The notes under the pieces are model-generated. The model was not told where the DNA came from, made no database searches, and saw nothing but the letters and a program-made list of their open reading frames with translations. The translations under genes were made by a program, and so were the position numbers. A DNA stretch of 64,000 bases from the NCBI GenBank assembly GCA_016927245.1, contig JAFGNA010000017.1:17242-81241 (forward strand), in the 5' to 3' direction. This DNA comes from Candidatus Woesearchaeota archaeon (GTDB taxonomy: Archaea; Nanobdellota; Nanobdellia; Woesearchaeales; WJKR01). Within the stretch, counting starts at the first letter, position 1. The number at the start of each line of letters is the position of its first letter. Below are positions 38,611 to 48,180 of the stretch, one piece after another.

Positions 38611-39114
38611 TTACAAGTCTATTTTCGCGCCACATAACTCACAAAACACCTTGCTCAGGGTGCAATCTCTCCCGCAACCGTTCCAATCAGAACATAGATG
38701 GCACTCTTCTTTGTTATGCTCAAGTTTTGCTGGCTGGTTGCATTTGTTGCATTTCCAGACACCCGATACGGCGTGACTTTTGTAATCGAAGACTTCGTAG
38801 CGAAAGCCCCCACGTATAGAATAACGACCTCCTTTAAATCGGATCATATCGCCGTCATTGCCATAAACTACTCCTTTCTTCAAATCATCAGCATATTTTT
38901 CTTCTAATGCCATTCGTTCACGATGTCCGTTAATAGCTTTAGAGACCATATCATCATCAACATACCACTCACGACCTTTTTTGTAAGCAGGCACTTCAGT
39001 GGATGCTAGTGCCACATACCCTCTTGCGTTAGCAGACTTCCTGTACCATTCGTATGCATTTGAAAAGGCACCCGGTTCTGCTTTATATAAATCGACAGCA
39101 TCTTTTAGCTTCAT
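38611..39114 (-). CDS. Cys-rich (probable Zn-binding) passenger protein
   Basis: CNKC, CHLC, C.RDC, CELCG at the C-terminus; PAYKKGREWYV resembles an excisionase-type wing. Confidence 0.7.
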   Translation of the reverse strand: MKLKDAVDLYKAEPGAFSNAYEWYRKSANARGYVALASTEVPAYKKGREWYVDDDMVSKAINGHRERMALEEKYADDLKKGVVYGNDGDMIRFKGGRYSIRGGFRYEVFDYKSHAVSGVWKCNKCNQPAKLEHNKEECHLCSDWNGCGRDCTLSKVFCELCGAKIDL

Positions 39115-39221
39115 TCCTATTGTGGAAGTCGTCACAGATAAAAAATTTTTCGTTCAAAAACCGCGTAATAAATACATTCTCAGGGCAAAGACATTTATAT
39201 AAGAATATATACCTTATAGGT

Positions 39222-39461
39222 ATGGGAAGGGGACGAGGCATATTTGGTATGTCAATAGCATCTCAAAGAGCATGGCAGAACACCATTTCTTTTATCTTCA
39301 TTATCGTTGGAATATATTTGGTACTGGCATGGTTAGAAATAACCCCATTCACAGCAAGATTTGAGTTCCTCAACAATAAAGCCAACCTGATATTGACAGC
39401 AATTATTTTAATCGTGATAGGTGTTCTGCTCAGTGAAAAAATCAAATCCCTCTTTTCGTGA
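39222..39461 (+). CDS. two-TM small passenger protein
   Basis: Two hydrophobic segments; TTTATATAA upstream. Confidence 0.65.
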   Translation: MGRGRGIFGMSIASQRAWQNTISFIFIIVGIYLVLAWLEITPFTARFEFLNNKANLILTAIILIVIGVLLSEKIKSLFS

Positions 39462-39957
39462 TGACTTAAAAGAACTCACAAGTCCGTCAAATTTTATTGT
39501 CGGACTTGTCACACCAGTTGTTATAGGTGTTATTCTAAATCAAGAAAAGAAGATTATTACTGCACTCACAGTCACCAGTACAATGTTAGGACTCATCATT
39601 TTATACTTCTTTTTTAGATGGATCATATATTACAGAAGTGAGAGTGAGGAGAAAAAGAAATCACAAAAAAATGGAAATAAACCACGGGTAATAAACACAA
39701 AAACTACAATACAAGAGGATGCACTCTTTATTCTTGATACAATCTACTCTTTGTATGCAAATGATCAATCAATACAAGCAACAACACTAATAAATCATTT
39801 TAAAGATTGGGAAGGGAAAAGAATCAACAAAGCATTGAGATTCTTGAACGATGAAGGGTATATAGATTTGAAATTCATGTTAGGAAACACAAAAGGAGTC
39901 CAGAACTTCCTCTTTAAAAAGATTACAAACGAAGGAATAAAACTAATAGAAAAATGA
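39421..39957 (+). CDS. two-TM plus wHTH-like passenger protein (start uncertain)
   Basis: Two TM segments then RINKALRFLNDEGYI...KITNEGIKLIE. Confidence 0.65.
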   Translation: MFCSVKKSNPSFRDDLKELTSPSNFIVGLVTPVVIGVILNQEKKIITALTVTSTMLGLIILYFFFRWIIYYRSESEEKKKSQKNGNKPRVINTKTTIQEDALFILDTIYSLYANDQSIQATTLINHFKDWEGKRINKALRFLNDEGYIDLKFMLGNTKGVQNFLFKKITNEGIKLIEK

Positions 39958-40202
39958 AATGGTTCGAAAATCTATGTAGATACCATTACCGACATGAGCG
40001 CGAAATACCTGAATTGAAGAGAAAATTTGGGATTGTTAATGTTGTCGGCTCTATACTTCTCTCAGTGGCCATTATTGAATTAGTAAATCTTATTTTCATT
40101 GATAAAATCATTAAAATTATCATCCTTGCCTTCGCAGGTAGCATACTAATAATGATTAGTCAGAGTATTCATTTTATTGAGAAAAAAAGAGATGATTTCT
40201 AA
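39954..40202 (+). CDS. two-TM small passenger protein
   Basis: ATGA overlap; two hydrophobic segments. Confidence 0.55.
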   Translation: MKWFENLCRYHYRHEREIPELKRKFGIVNVVGSILLSVAIIELVNLIFIDKIIKIIILAFAGSILIMISQSIHFIEKKRDDF

Positions 40203-40993
40203 TTAAATATTTCAACTGATTCTTCCCTCTCAGACCAAAGAAGCGTTTTTACAGAATAAGTTTCAAACTTTTTCAGGTCGTCTGGTGAAACTTTTCTCTC
40301 CTGGTCATTAATGATAACGAATTGATCAGCTGAAGCGTGAACCGTCGCACCCCCCCTTATATCTGATAGTGTGAATAAGACCGCCCTATATCCAGTATTA
40401 GACGGGGAGTTAATAACCTTGACAATTTTTTCGTTTTCCTCTTTTTTCCTTGATGGAATAACAAAGTCAATCTTATTGCTGAAGCCCTTTCCTTCAATCG
40501 TCACATCTCGTGTTGCAGGTATAGAATGCTCTGCAAAGAAATTGGCAACATCTTCAAAGAACAACGCTTTAACATAAGGTTTTGAAAGTATAAACATATC
40601 ACCAATATTTATCATTGCTTGAATTAGTTTATGTTTGCTCTTTGCCAAATCCGACTCTTTACATTCAATGAATATTTCAGAAGTGTCGTTATCAAACCGG
40701 ACCCCAAGACCATTGATGAACTGCGAGAGGATGTCTTTTCTATTTTCTGTGAGTTCAAGATTGTTCGTTTTGAGATCATAATAAGTCATACCATCATCGG
40801 TTAATTTATAAGAATCTGATTTCTCATTGTAAACAACATAAATTCTCAAGTAGTCATTATGTGTATCAAGGAATGGACTGTCAATGGAGGCAATTTTTAC
40901 TCCTTCTTCGTTCGAGGGAATATCTTTAAAACTAATTCTTTCTCTTAGCCAATTCAAGTAATCCTCAATTAGTTTGTCCGGTTGAAGAGTCAT
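40199..40993 (-). CDS. DUF1828/DUF1829-like protein (possible C-terminal nuclease-like domain)
   Basis: PFLD.HND...IY, LTDDG.T, LIQAMI.I.DMF, F.EDV, KIDFVI, IIND. Confidence 0.75.
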   Translation of the reverse strand: MTLQPDKLIEDYLNWLRERISFKDIPSNEEGVKIASIDSPFLDTHNDYLRIYVVYNEKSDSYKLTDDGMTYYDLKTNNLELTENRKDILSQFINGLGVRFDNDTSEIFIECKESDLAKSKHKLIQAMINIGDMFILSKPYVKALFFEDVANFFAEHSIPATRDVTIEGKGFSNKIDFVIPSRKKEENEKIVKVINSPSNTGYRAVLFTLSDIRGGATVHASADQFVIINDQERKVSPDDLKKFETYSVKTLLWSEREESVEIFN

Positions 40994-41442
40994 TTTTTCC
41001 AGTTTCCTGCGCCAGCAGATTTTTGAATTTTGATGCTCGTCTTTGCAATATTGCATAATTCCATGAATTTCTCAATCACAGATCCAAAGTCACTAAGGTC
41101 TTTGAAACCATATTGATTTGCTGGAAATGCAAACCTGTCATTGTATCCTTCCCTATATACATGAACATGAGGACCTGTCACTTTTACTCCACCCGGATTG
41201 ATGTGCACGCGATCATCAACATCAAGCCTCAGCAATGTGAAAACACTGTGGACTCTGTGACCACATCTCATCATTTTCAGCTCGATTTTTCCTTGTTTAA
41301 TGTCAAGCGCAAATATATCGCCGTGAGCATCCGACACAACAGGTTCGCTGAGGTCAAATGATTCGGTCAACTTGACCTCCGTCACATTTTTTAATCGTTT
41401 TGGAACTTTCAGGTATTCAGTTGCTTGATCCTGTTTTAACAT
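40990..41442 (-). CDS. DUF6978-like protein
   Basis: LLRLD....H.NP.G....GPH.H.YREGY.D.FA.P; ATGA overlap with the downstream gene. Confidence 0.72.
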   Translation of the reverse strand: MLKQDQATEYLKVPKRLKNVTEVKLTESFDLSEPVVSDAHGDIFALDIKQGKIELKMMRCGHRVHSVFTLLRLDVDDRVHINPGGVKVTGPHVHVYREGYNDRFAFPANQYGFKDLSDFGSVIEKFMELCNIAKTSIKIQKSAGAGNWKK

Positions 41443-41578
41443 CCTTTTTCCTCGGCCTATTCCAGTACGGACTCTTACACTTCGGGCACACTCTTGGCTC
41501 GCCATCTGTGTTCTCTCGCGGAACCCATATATGACTACACCTTTCGCATTGGAACGCATCGATAGTTATCTTTGCCAT
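41417..41578 (-). CDS. 53-aa zinc-ribbon microprotein
   Basis: MAKITIDAFQCERCSHIWVPRENTDGEPRVCPKCKSPYWNRPRKK...; TTATATAA upstream; not in the ORF track. Confidence 0.75.
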   Translation of the reverse strand: MAKITIDAFQCERCSHIWVPRENTDGEPRVCPKCKSPYWNRPRKKDVKTGSSN

Positions 41579-41731
41579 TTTAATGTACCGTCCGTACTTG
41601 ACCAGTGATTTAAATATACTTATATAATCCTATTATAGTATTAGTATATTACTATAAATATTTTACTAAAGCGAAAACTATATATACTTCTACTATATAC
41701 CTAATAGTAATATATTAATAAGTGAATAAAT

Positions 41732-42865
41732 GTGACGACCGATAGCATTATATTTGTTACACCGACACCCGGACAAGTCACCGAGGTGGAGAGTGAGGAA
41801 CAAACAAAATTCACGGACGACGAAAGGATCATTGAGATCCCTCCGGAGGATAAACAATCTCCAAGGAAGAGCAAACCCACTTATCCTCAAAACTGGCAAG
41901 CATATAATGCAGCAAAGACTAATGAAGACACCTACTTTAAACGCCTTCTAAGAGAACTTCTGTTCGTCAGCATAGATGAGAAGCCCTCAAAAAAACCCGG
42001 TAGGAAGGGCTACAGCGACCAGGATAAGATATTCGCTATGTGCATCAAAATATACTACAAGGGCGATCTACGCAAGGCCGAAGGCATCCTAAAAGAGCTC
42101 AAGAACCTCAAATTCATAGAGAAGGTGCCTTGCTTTAAAAGCATCGACAATTTCTTCAACGACGAAACACTCACCAAAATACTGGATAATCTCATTCTCA
42201 TCAGCGCATTACCGCTTGCACAGATAGAAGAGACAGGAGCTATAGACAGCACAGGCTTCAGTACGAGCCAGTTTGAGAGCTGGAACACATTCAAATGGGG
42301 GAAGCACGAAGGGAAAGAACGCGTCTGGAGAAAAGCCCATGCATGCACCTGCTGCAAGACCAACGCATTCCTCAGTATTAAAGTTACTGAGAAGAACGTC
42401 GGTGACGCGGCGATGTTTAACGACGTTGTTGGCAACTACACCAAATACTTCAATATGCCTGATTTCGTCGCAGACAAGGCGTATCTGAGCAGAGACATTC
42501 TTAAAACTATCAAGAAACTCGGCATGAACCCCTACATCCCGTTCAAGAAGAACAGTATCCAAGCAGCAAAAGGTGCTATGATCTGGAGTCAAATGTACGC
42601 AGAATTCATGACGAACCGAGAGGAGTTCATGCAGAAATACCACCGCAGAAGCAATATTGAGACGAGTTTCCACATGCTCAAGATGCGCTTTGGCAACCAT
42701 TGCATGACGAGAACCTTCCATGCACAGACCAACGAGATCAAAATCAAAACACTCTGCTTGAACCTCTGTATTCTCATTCAGGAGATGTTTGAGCGCCAGA
42801 TAGTGATTGATTTCAACGACTGTGTTAATCTGTGTAATAATGAAGAATCCTGTGTAAAATTGTGA
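41732..42865 (+). CDS. DDE transposase, IS5-like
   Basis: IDSTGF, W.K.H, GD...F, ADKAY, Y..RS.IET.F..LK. Confidence 0.9.
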   Translation: MTTDSIIFVTPTPGQVTEVESEEQTKFTDDERIIEIPPEDKQSPRKSKPTYPQNWQAYNAAKTNEDTYFKRLLRELLFVSIDEKPSKKPGRKGYSDQDKIFAMCIKIYYKGDLRKAEGILKELKNLKFIEKVPCFKSIDNFFNDETLTKILDNLILISALPLAQIEETGAIDSTGFSTSQFESWNTFKWGKHEGKERVWRKAHACTCCKTNAFLSIKVTEKNVGDAAMFNDVVGNYTKYFNMPDFVADKAYLSRDILKTIKKLGMNPYIPFKKNSIQAAKGAMIWSQMYAEFMTNREEFMQKYHRRSNIETSFHMLKMRFGNHCMTRTFHAQTNEIKIKTLCLNLCILIQEMFERQIVIDFNDCVNLCNNEESCVKL

Positions 42866-42968
42866 TTATTTTTTACACAAAGCCCTCATTTCCGTAAATT
42901 ATTTAAATGAGCTCATTCTACACCAACCTTGTCGACTTTAAATCAACAAAAACTAGGTGTTTTCGCGC

Positions 42969-43445
42969 ATGGCAGACAAGAAGAAAAGCAAGACCGCGGA
43001 GCTCAAGGAACAAGTCCAAGAGCTCACTAACTCCCTGCAACGGGCACGGGCAGAACTCGAGAACTATCAGAAACGCGTGGAGCGCGACCGGGAACAGCAG
43101 CAGAGATACGCCTCTGAAGGCGTCCTGAAACGGTTCCTTCCCATCCTAGACAACCTCGAGCTCGCCCTCAAGCACTGCACCCAGCAGGACGATTTCTACC
43201 GTGGCGTGGAGATGATCTACGCGAACATCAGGAGCATGCTCGAGGAGGAAGGCGTCAAGCCTATCCAAGCACTAGGACTCCCCTTCGACCCGTACCGGCA
43301 CGAGGCCCTGCTCACTAAGGAGTCAGACCAACCGGAGAACGCGATCGTCGACGTCATGCAGCAAGGCTACACCTACCACGACAAAGTCTTGCGACCCGCA
43401 AAGGTCGCCATCAGCAAGAACAAGACAGGAGGGAAAGAAAAATGA
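42969..43445 (+). CDS. grpE: nucleotide exchange factor GrpE
   Basis: [20 protein letters not shown]...DKVLRPAKV. Confidence 0.95.
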   Translation: MADKKKSKTAELKEQVQELTNSLQRARAELENYQKRVERDREQQQRYASEGVLKRFLPILDNLELALKHCTQQDDFYRGVEMIYANIRSMLEEEGVKPIQALGLPFDPYRHEALLTKESDQPENAIVDVMQQGYTYHDKVLRPAKVAISKNKTGGKEK

Positions 43446-45310
43446 GCAAAATCATAGGGATAGACCTAGGAACGACGTTCTCCGCAGTGGCGGTGATGGA
43501 AGGCGGCAAGGCCACCATCATCCCGAACGCGGAGGGCAGCAGAACCACGCCGTCAGTAGTGAGCATCACCGATGACGGCGAGCGATTGGTGGGCCAGATA
43601 GCGAAGAACCAAGCCATCACCAACCCTGACAACACGGTGCGGAGCATCAAGCGCCACATGGGAGAAGACCACAAGACCAAGATGCAGGGCAAGGAGTACA
43701 CGCCGCAGGAGATCAGCGCGATGATCCTGCAGAAGCTCAAGACGGACGCAGAGGCCTACCTCGGGGAGAAGGTCGAAAAAGCAGTCATCACCGTCCCAGC
43801 CTATTTCGAGGACGCGCAGCGGCAGGCTACGAAGGACGCTGGCAGGATCGCCGGGTTGCAAGTGGAGCGCATCATCAACGAGCCCACCGCGGCCTCGCTC
43901 GCGTACGGCCTAGACAAGGGGCAGGACCACACCATCCTCGTCTTCGACTTCGGCGGCGGCACGTTCGACGTGAGCATCCTTGAACTGGGCGATAGCGTGT
44001 TCGAGGTCAAGGCCACGAACGGCGACAACCACCTCGGCGGCGATGACATCGACGACCTCATCATCGACTGGCTCGCCGACAAGTTCAAGAAGGCGCAAGG
44101 CATCGACCTGAAAAAGGACCGGACCAGCCTGCAACGGCTGAAGGAAGCGGCGGAGAAGGCGAAGATCGAGCTCAGCAATAAGAGCAAGACGAGCATCAAC
44201 ATCCCCTTCATCACCGCTGATGACAAGGGGCCGAAGCACCTCAACGAGGAGCTCACCAGGGCGGAGTTCGAGCGCCTCATCAGTGACATCATCGAACGGC
44301 TCAAAGTCCCGACCATGCAAGCCCTGAACGACGCCAAGCTCAAGCCGGCGGACATCGACAAGGTCATCTTCGTCGGCGGCAGCACCAGGATTCCCAAGGT
44401 GCAGGAACTCGTGAAGAGCATCACGGGCAAGGACGGCGACAAGTCCGTGAACCCTGACGAGGCAGTCGCCCTCGGCGCAGCCATCCAGGCAGGCATCCTC
44501 GCAGGTGACGTCAAGGACGTCCTGTTGCTGGACGTCACGCCGCTCAGCCTCGGCATCGAGACGCTGGGAGGGGTGATGACCAAGCTCATCGATAAGAACA
44601 CGACCATCCCGACGAAGAAGAGCCAGGTCTTCAGCACCGCGGCGGACAACCAGAACGCGGTGAGCGTCCACGTCCTGCAAGGGGAACGACCGATGGCCGC
44701 CGATAACAAGACGCTCGGCAGGTTCGACCTCATAGGTATCCCGCCCGCGCCGCGGGGCGTGCCGCAGATCGAGGTGACGTTCGACATCGACGCCAACGGC
44801 ATCGTGCACGTCAAGGCCAAGGACCTCGGCACGGGGAAGGAGCAGAGCATCAAGATCACCGCGACGACTAACCTGTCAGAAGAGGAGATCGATAAGATGC
44901 GGCGGGAGGCAGAGACCCACGCTGAGGAGGACAAGCGGAAGAAGGAGGAGGTCGACGTTGTCAACGAGGCTGACTCGCTCGTGTATTCCTCGGAGAAATT
45001 GTTCAAGGACTTCGAGGGCAAGGTGGACGGTGAGAAGCTCAAGGACGTCAAGGCAAGGATTGACGAGCTCAAGAAACTGCTCGAGCCGGAGCAGAAGGAC
45101 GTCAAGGCCATCAAGGGCAAGCTCGAGGCCATCAACAAGGATCTCCAATTACTGTCGTCGGAGCTGTACCAGAAGGCTGCTGAGGAGCAGGCGAAGCAGC
45201 AGGCCGCGGGCGGTGACGCGAAGGGCGGCAAGAAGGATTCCAAGAAGGACGGGAAGGTCGTCGATGCTGACTTCGAGGAGGTCAAGGACGACAAGAAGGG
45301 CAAGAAATAA
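43442..45310 (+). CDS. dnaK: chaperone DnaK
   Basis: [41 protein letters not shown]. Confidence 0.98.
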   Translation: MSKIIGIDLGTTFSAVAVMEGGKATIIPNAEGSRTTPSVVSITDDGERLVGQIAKNQAITNPDNTVRSIKRHMGEDHKTKMQGKEYTPQEISAMILQKLKTDAEAYLGEKVEKAVITVPAYFEDAQRQATKDAGRIAGLQVERIINEPTAASLAYGLDKGQDHTILVFDFGGGTFDVSILELGDSVFEVKATNGDNHLGGDDIDDLIIDWLADKFKKAQGIDLKKDRTSLQRLKEAAEKAKIELSNKSKTSINIPFITADDKGPKHLNEELTRAEFERLISDIIERLKVPTMQALNDAKLKPADIDKVIFVGGSTRIPKVQELVKSITGKDGDKSVNPDEAVALGAAIQAGILAGDVKDVLLLDVTPLSLGIETLGGVMTKLIDKNTTIPTKKSQVFSTAADNQNAVSVHVLQGERPMAADNKTLGRFDLIGIPPAPRGVPQIEVTFDIDANGIVHVKAKDLGTGKEQSIKITATTNLSEEEIDKMRREAETHAEEDKRKKEEVDVVNEADSLVYSSEKLFKDFEGKVDGEKLKDVKARIDELKKLLEPEQKDVKAIKGKLEAINKDLQLLSSELYQKAAEEQAKQQAAGGDAKGGKKDSKKDGKVVDADFEEVKDDKKGKK

Positions 45311-45355
45311 AAACACCTCCTTTTTTTCTTTTTTAAATATTGTTGGGTCGGGACC

Positions 45356-46477
45356 ATGGCAGAGAAGGACTACTACGACATCCTCGGCGTGGGCAGGGAT
45401 GCCTCCAAGGAGGATGTCAAGAAGGCGTACAAGCGGCTCGCCAAGAAATACCACCCTGACCTGAACAAGGACGACCCTGACGCCGAGCGCAAGTTCAAGG
45501 AGGTCAACGAGGCCGCCTCAGTCCTCGGCGATGAGCAGAAGCGGGAGCAGTACGACCGGTTAGGCGCTGACGCGTTCAAGAACGGAACGGGCGGCTTCAG
45601 CGGGTTTGACTTCTCGGGTTTCGGCCGCGCGCAGGGCTTCGACTTCGAGGACATCTTCGACACGTTCTTCGGCGGCAGGGGGTTCGGTTCTCGTCGCAGG
45701 GGAGCCGACCAGCCAGGCGCTGATCTCCGCTATGACCTCAGCGTCACGTTGGAGGAGGCGGCTGAGGGCGTGCAGAAGGAGTTCAAGGTGAGGAAGCGCG
45801 TGCCGTGCGAGCGGTGCGGCGGGCTTGGCGGCACGGGTATGGAGACGTGCAGGACGTGTCATGGCCAGGGCGTGGTGCGCCAAGCGAGAAGGACTGCGTT
45901 CGGGGTGTTCCAGACGACGATTGCGTGTCCTGAGTGCGACGGCTCGGGGAGGCGGTTCGAGGAGACTTGCGATGCGTGCGGCGGCAGTGGCGTGGAGACC
46001 AAGGCTGTGCGCATCAAGGTGGAGGTGCCTGCTGGCGTGGAGGATGGCGTGCGGCTCCGCGTGCAGGGCGAGGGAGACGCAGGGCTGCGCGGCGGGGAGC
46101 CTGGTGACTTGTACGTGTTCGTCACGGTGGAGGAGCATGAGCACTTCGTCCGTGAGGGCGTTGACTTGCGCCTCGTCATCCCGGTCAGTTTCGTCCAGGC
46201 GACGCTCGGCGCGGAGATTGAGGTCCCGACGTTGTTCGGCCGCGCCAAGCTCAAGATTCCTGCGGGCACGCAGACTGGTACGACGTTCCGTCTCGGGGGG
46301 AAGGGCTTGCCTTCGTTGCGTGGCTCGCGCAGGGGTGATCAGCTCGTCACCGTGGAGGTGGACGTGCCGCGGCGGCTGAATGGTAGGCAGCAGCGTTCGT
46401 TGGAGGCGTTCGCCGAGACGTTGGGTGAGGGTGTTAGGCCGCAGCAGTCCTTGTTCGAGAAGATATTCAAACGATAA
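45356..46477 (+). CDS. dnaJ: chaperone DnaJ
   Basis: J-domain HPD, G/F-rich region, four CxxCxGxG repeats. Confidence 0.97.
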   Translation: MAEKDYYDILGVGRDASKEDVKKAYKRLAKKYHPDLNKDDPDAERKFKEVNEAASVLGDEQKREQYDRLGADAFKNGTGGFSGFDFSGFGRAQGFDFEDIFDTFFGGRGFGSRRRGADQPGADLRYDLSVTLEEAAEGVQKEFKVRKRVPCERCGGLGGTGMETCRTCHGQGVVRQARRTAFGVFQTTIACPECDGSGRRFEETCDACGGSGVETKAVRIKVEVPAGVEDGVRLRVQGEGDAGLRGGEPGDLYVFVTVEEHEHFVREGVDLRLVIPVSFVQATLGAEIEVPTLFGRAKLKIPAGTQTGTTFRLGGKGLPSLRGSRRGDQLVTVEVDVPRRLNGRQQRSLEAFAETLGEGVRPQQSLFEKIFKR

Positions 46478-46553
46478 CCACTACGAAGTGACAAAAACCG
46501 AAAAGTTTATAAATGGTCTGTGAGACCACCACGAACAGAGGTGAACCACCCCG

Positions 46554-46790
46554 ATGGCAGCCAACCAAGAACAACCAGCAAGCAAGGAAGAACAAATAGG
46601 ATTCCACAAAGGAGCCCTCAGCACCCTCGCGAAAGAACGGCAAGAACTCGCCCGCATCCTCCAGATAGTGGAGCAGCTCATGCAGATGCACATCGGCGAG
46701 CTCAAAGAGATGGGCGTCGACCTCCAAGCACAAGCAACCAGCGAGGAAGACAAGCCCAAGCAGAAGAAGCCCATAGAGGACATCCTCTGA
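46554..46790 (+). CDS. small hypothetical protein
   Basis: GAGGTGA SD, TTTATAAA TATA; helical EQIGFHKGALSTLAKERQEL. Confidence 0.75.
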   Translation: MAANQEQPASKEEQIGFHKGALSTLAKERQELARILQIVEQLMQMHIGELKEMGVDLQAQATSEEDKPKQKKPIEDIL

Positions 46791-46860
46791 ACACATCGTT
46801 CAAGCAGCCTTTTCTTACCTTTCAGCAAGTATAAAAGCGCAAACACATTTCCCCAAAAGC

Positions 46861-48180
46861 ATGCACCCAGACCTGCTAGAAGTGTACCGCAAGGCAGAAC
46901 GCAAACCCAACCCCGGAGGCGCAGGGCTAGACGCAGTCTTCACCAAGATCGTACGCCACCACCGAGGACCAGTCAGGACCGCCAACCAGCGGCACCGGGA
47001 GAACAAGCAGCACATCGAGCAAGGCAAAGAACCGCCGCACCGAGAACTCATCACCATCGACGAGCTCACCACCGTCATCGAAGACGAGCCGGCAGAATCA
47101 CTCTGCCTCGTCGTCAACCTCTTCGACAAGAAAAAAGTCGTGCGCGGCGGTAATCGCGCAGGAGGCATCCACGCCATCAACGTGACCGGCGCACTGCGGC
47201 CGTTCGCCTTCCTCATGGAAGAGCTCGGAAGCTACCACGACGTCACAACATTCCTCGAAGTAGCCGCGAACCACGACGTCGGCGAGGACGGGCTCCTCTA
47301 CATAGGCGACCTCGACCGATTCCTCCGCACCGGCTTGGTGAACGACACGTTCACCATGAGAAGAGAGGTCTACGAGAAAGTCGCAGCCCTCACGAACAAG
47401 TACAAGTTCCTCGTCGACGACCTGGAGACCAGGATTAACCGCTACAACCTGACCAGCGAAGACCTCAAGGACGCGTTCGAGGAGATGCGCGAAGAGGTCA
47501 GGAGCAAAGACCTCCTCGCAAGGATAGACGCCATAGAAGAGCACATCAGGACGAGCAAGTACAACGTCGCGCAGGCAGAGAAAGAAGCGCTCCGGCAAAT
47601 CTACTTCGACAACAAGATCGCCTACGACAAGATACTCACCACCAAGGCGTTCAACGACTTCGACCGCACAAGCCAACTATACGGCCCCTACCTCGACCTC
47701 GCCCTACAGATTCTCGAGCCCCACGAGTTCATCTTCAAAGGAGCGGATCGCACCGACAACACCGGCGACGACAAGTACACCAAGCAGAAACACCGCGTAC
47801 GTAACCACATCAAGGTAGAATACATCATCACCAAAGGCATGCAGAGCCCGTGGGCGGACAACCAATACAACAAGTACATCACCATGACGCTCATCGAGCG
47901 AGACCTCGCCCGTCACCGCAACCCCCACTACATCACCGAGGAGCAGATGCGGAAAGAAGGCGTGCCCGAGGAGAAAATCCCGATCTACCGCAAACTCACC
48001 GATAAGGCATACCAAGCAGTGGTCGGGTTCGAGCCAGATCTCAAAGCGTACAAGGAGCCGGACGCGTCGGGCAAGAGCGAGGCCACCAAGATCATCGAGC
48101 AGCTGGACCTCACCAAGCGTCAGAGGAAGAAAGGCAAGATATACGATCTCAAAGGCCTCTTCGGGAGGACCGCCCTATGA
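46861..48180 (+). CDS. HD-domain protein, RelA/SpoT hydrolase-like (candidate SAH)
   Basis: R.G.....IHA.NV, AANHDVGED, IFKGADRTDN correspond to RSH/Mesh1 hydrolase motifs. Confidence 0.7.
   Translation: MHPDLLEVYRKAERKPNPGGAGLDAVFTKIVRHHRGPVRTANQRHRENKQHIEQGKEPPHRELITIDELTTVIEDEPAESLCLVVNLFDKKKVVRGGNRAGGIHAINVTGALRPFAFLMEELGSYHDVTTFLEVAANHDVGEDGLLYIGDLDRFLRTGLVNDTFTMRREVYEKVAALTNKYKFLVDDLETRINRYNLTSEDLKDAFEEMREEVRSKDLLARIDAIEEHIRTSKYNVAQAEKEALRQIYFDNKIAYDKILTTKAFNDFDRTSQLYGPYLDLALQILEPHEFIFKGADRTDNTGDDKYTKQKHRVRNHIKVEYIITKGMQSPWADNQYNKYITMTLIERDLARHRNPHYITEEQMRKEGVPEEKIPIYRKLTDKAYQAVVGFEPDLKAYKEPDASGKSEATKIIEQLDLTKRQRKKGKIYDLKGLFGRTAL

Larger units (their letters stand above)
38204..42884 (+). 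mobile_element. IS5-like transposon with passenger genes
   Basis: Perfect 14-bp TIR GGCTTTGTGTAAAA / TTTTACACAAAGCC; perfect 9-bp TSD CTCATTTCC (38195-38203, 42885-42893); DDE transposase at the right end; AT-rich. Confidence 0.88.

Noticed and set aside
43801-45357. 518-aa antisense ORF, and similar long shadow ORFs opposite lonB, ftsY and infB
   Set aside because: These are antisense shadows of conserved genes caused by GC-rich codon bias; they are Ser-rich with no motifs.
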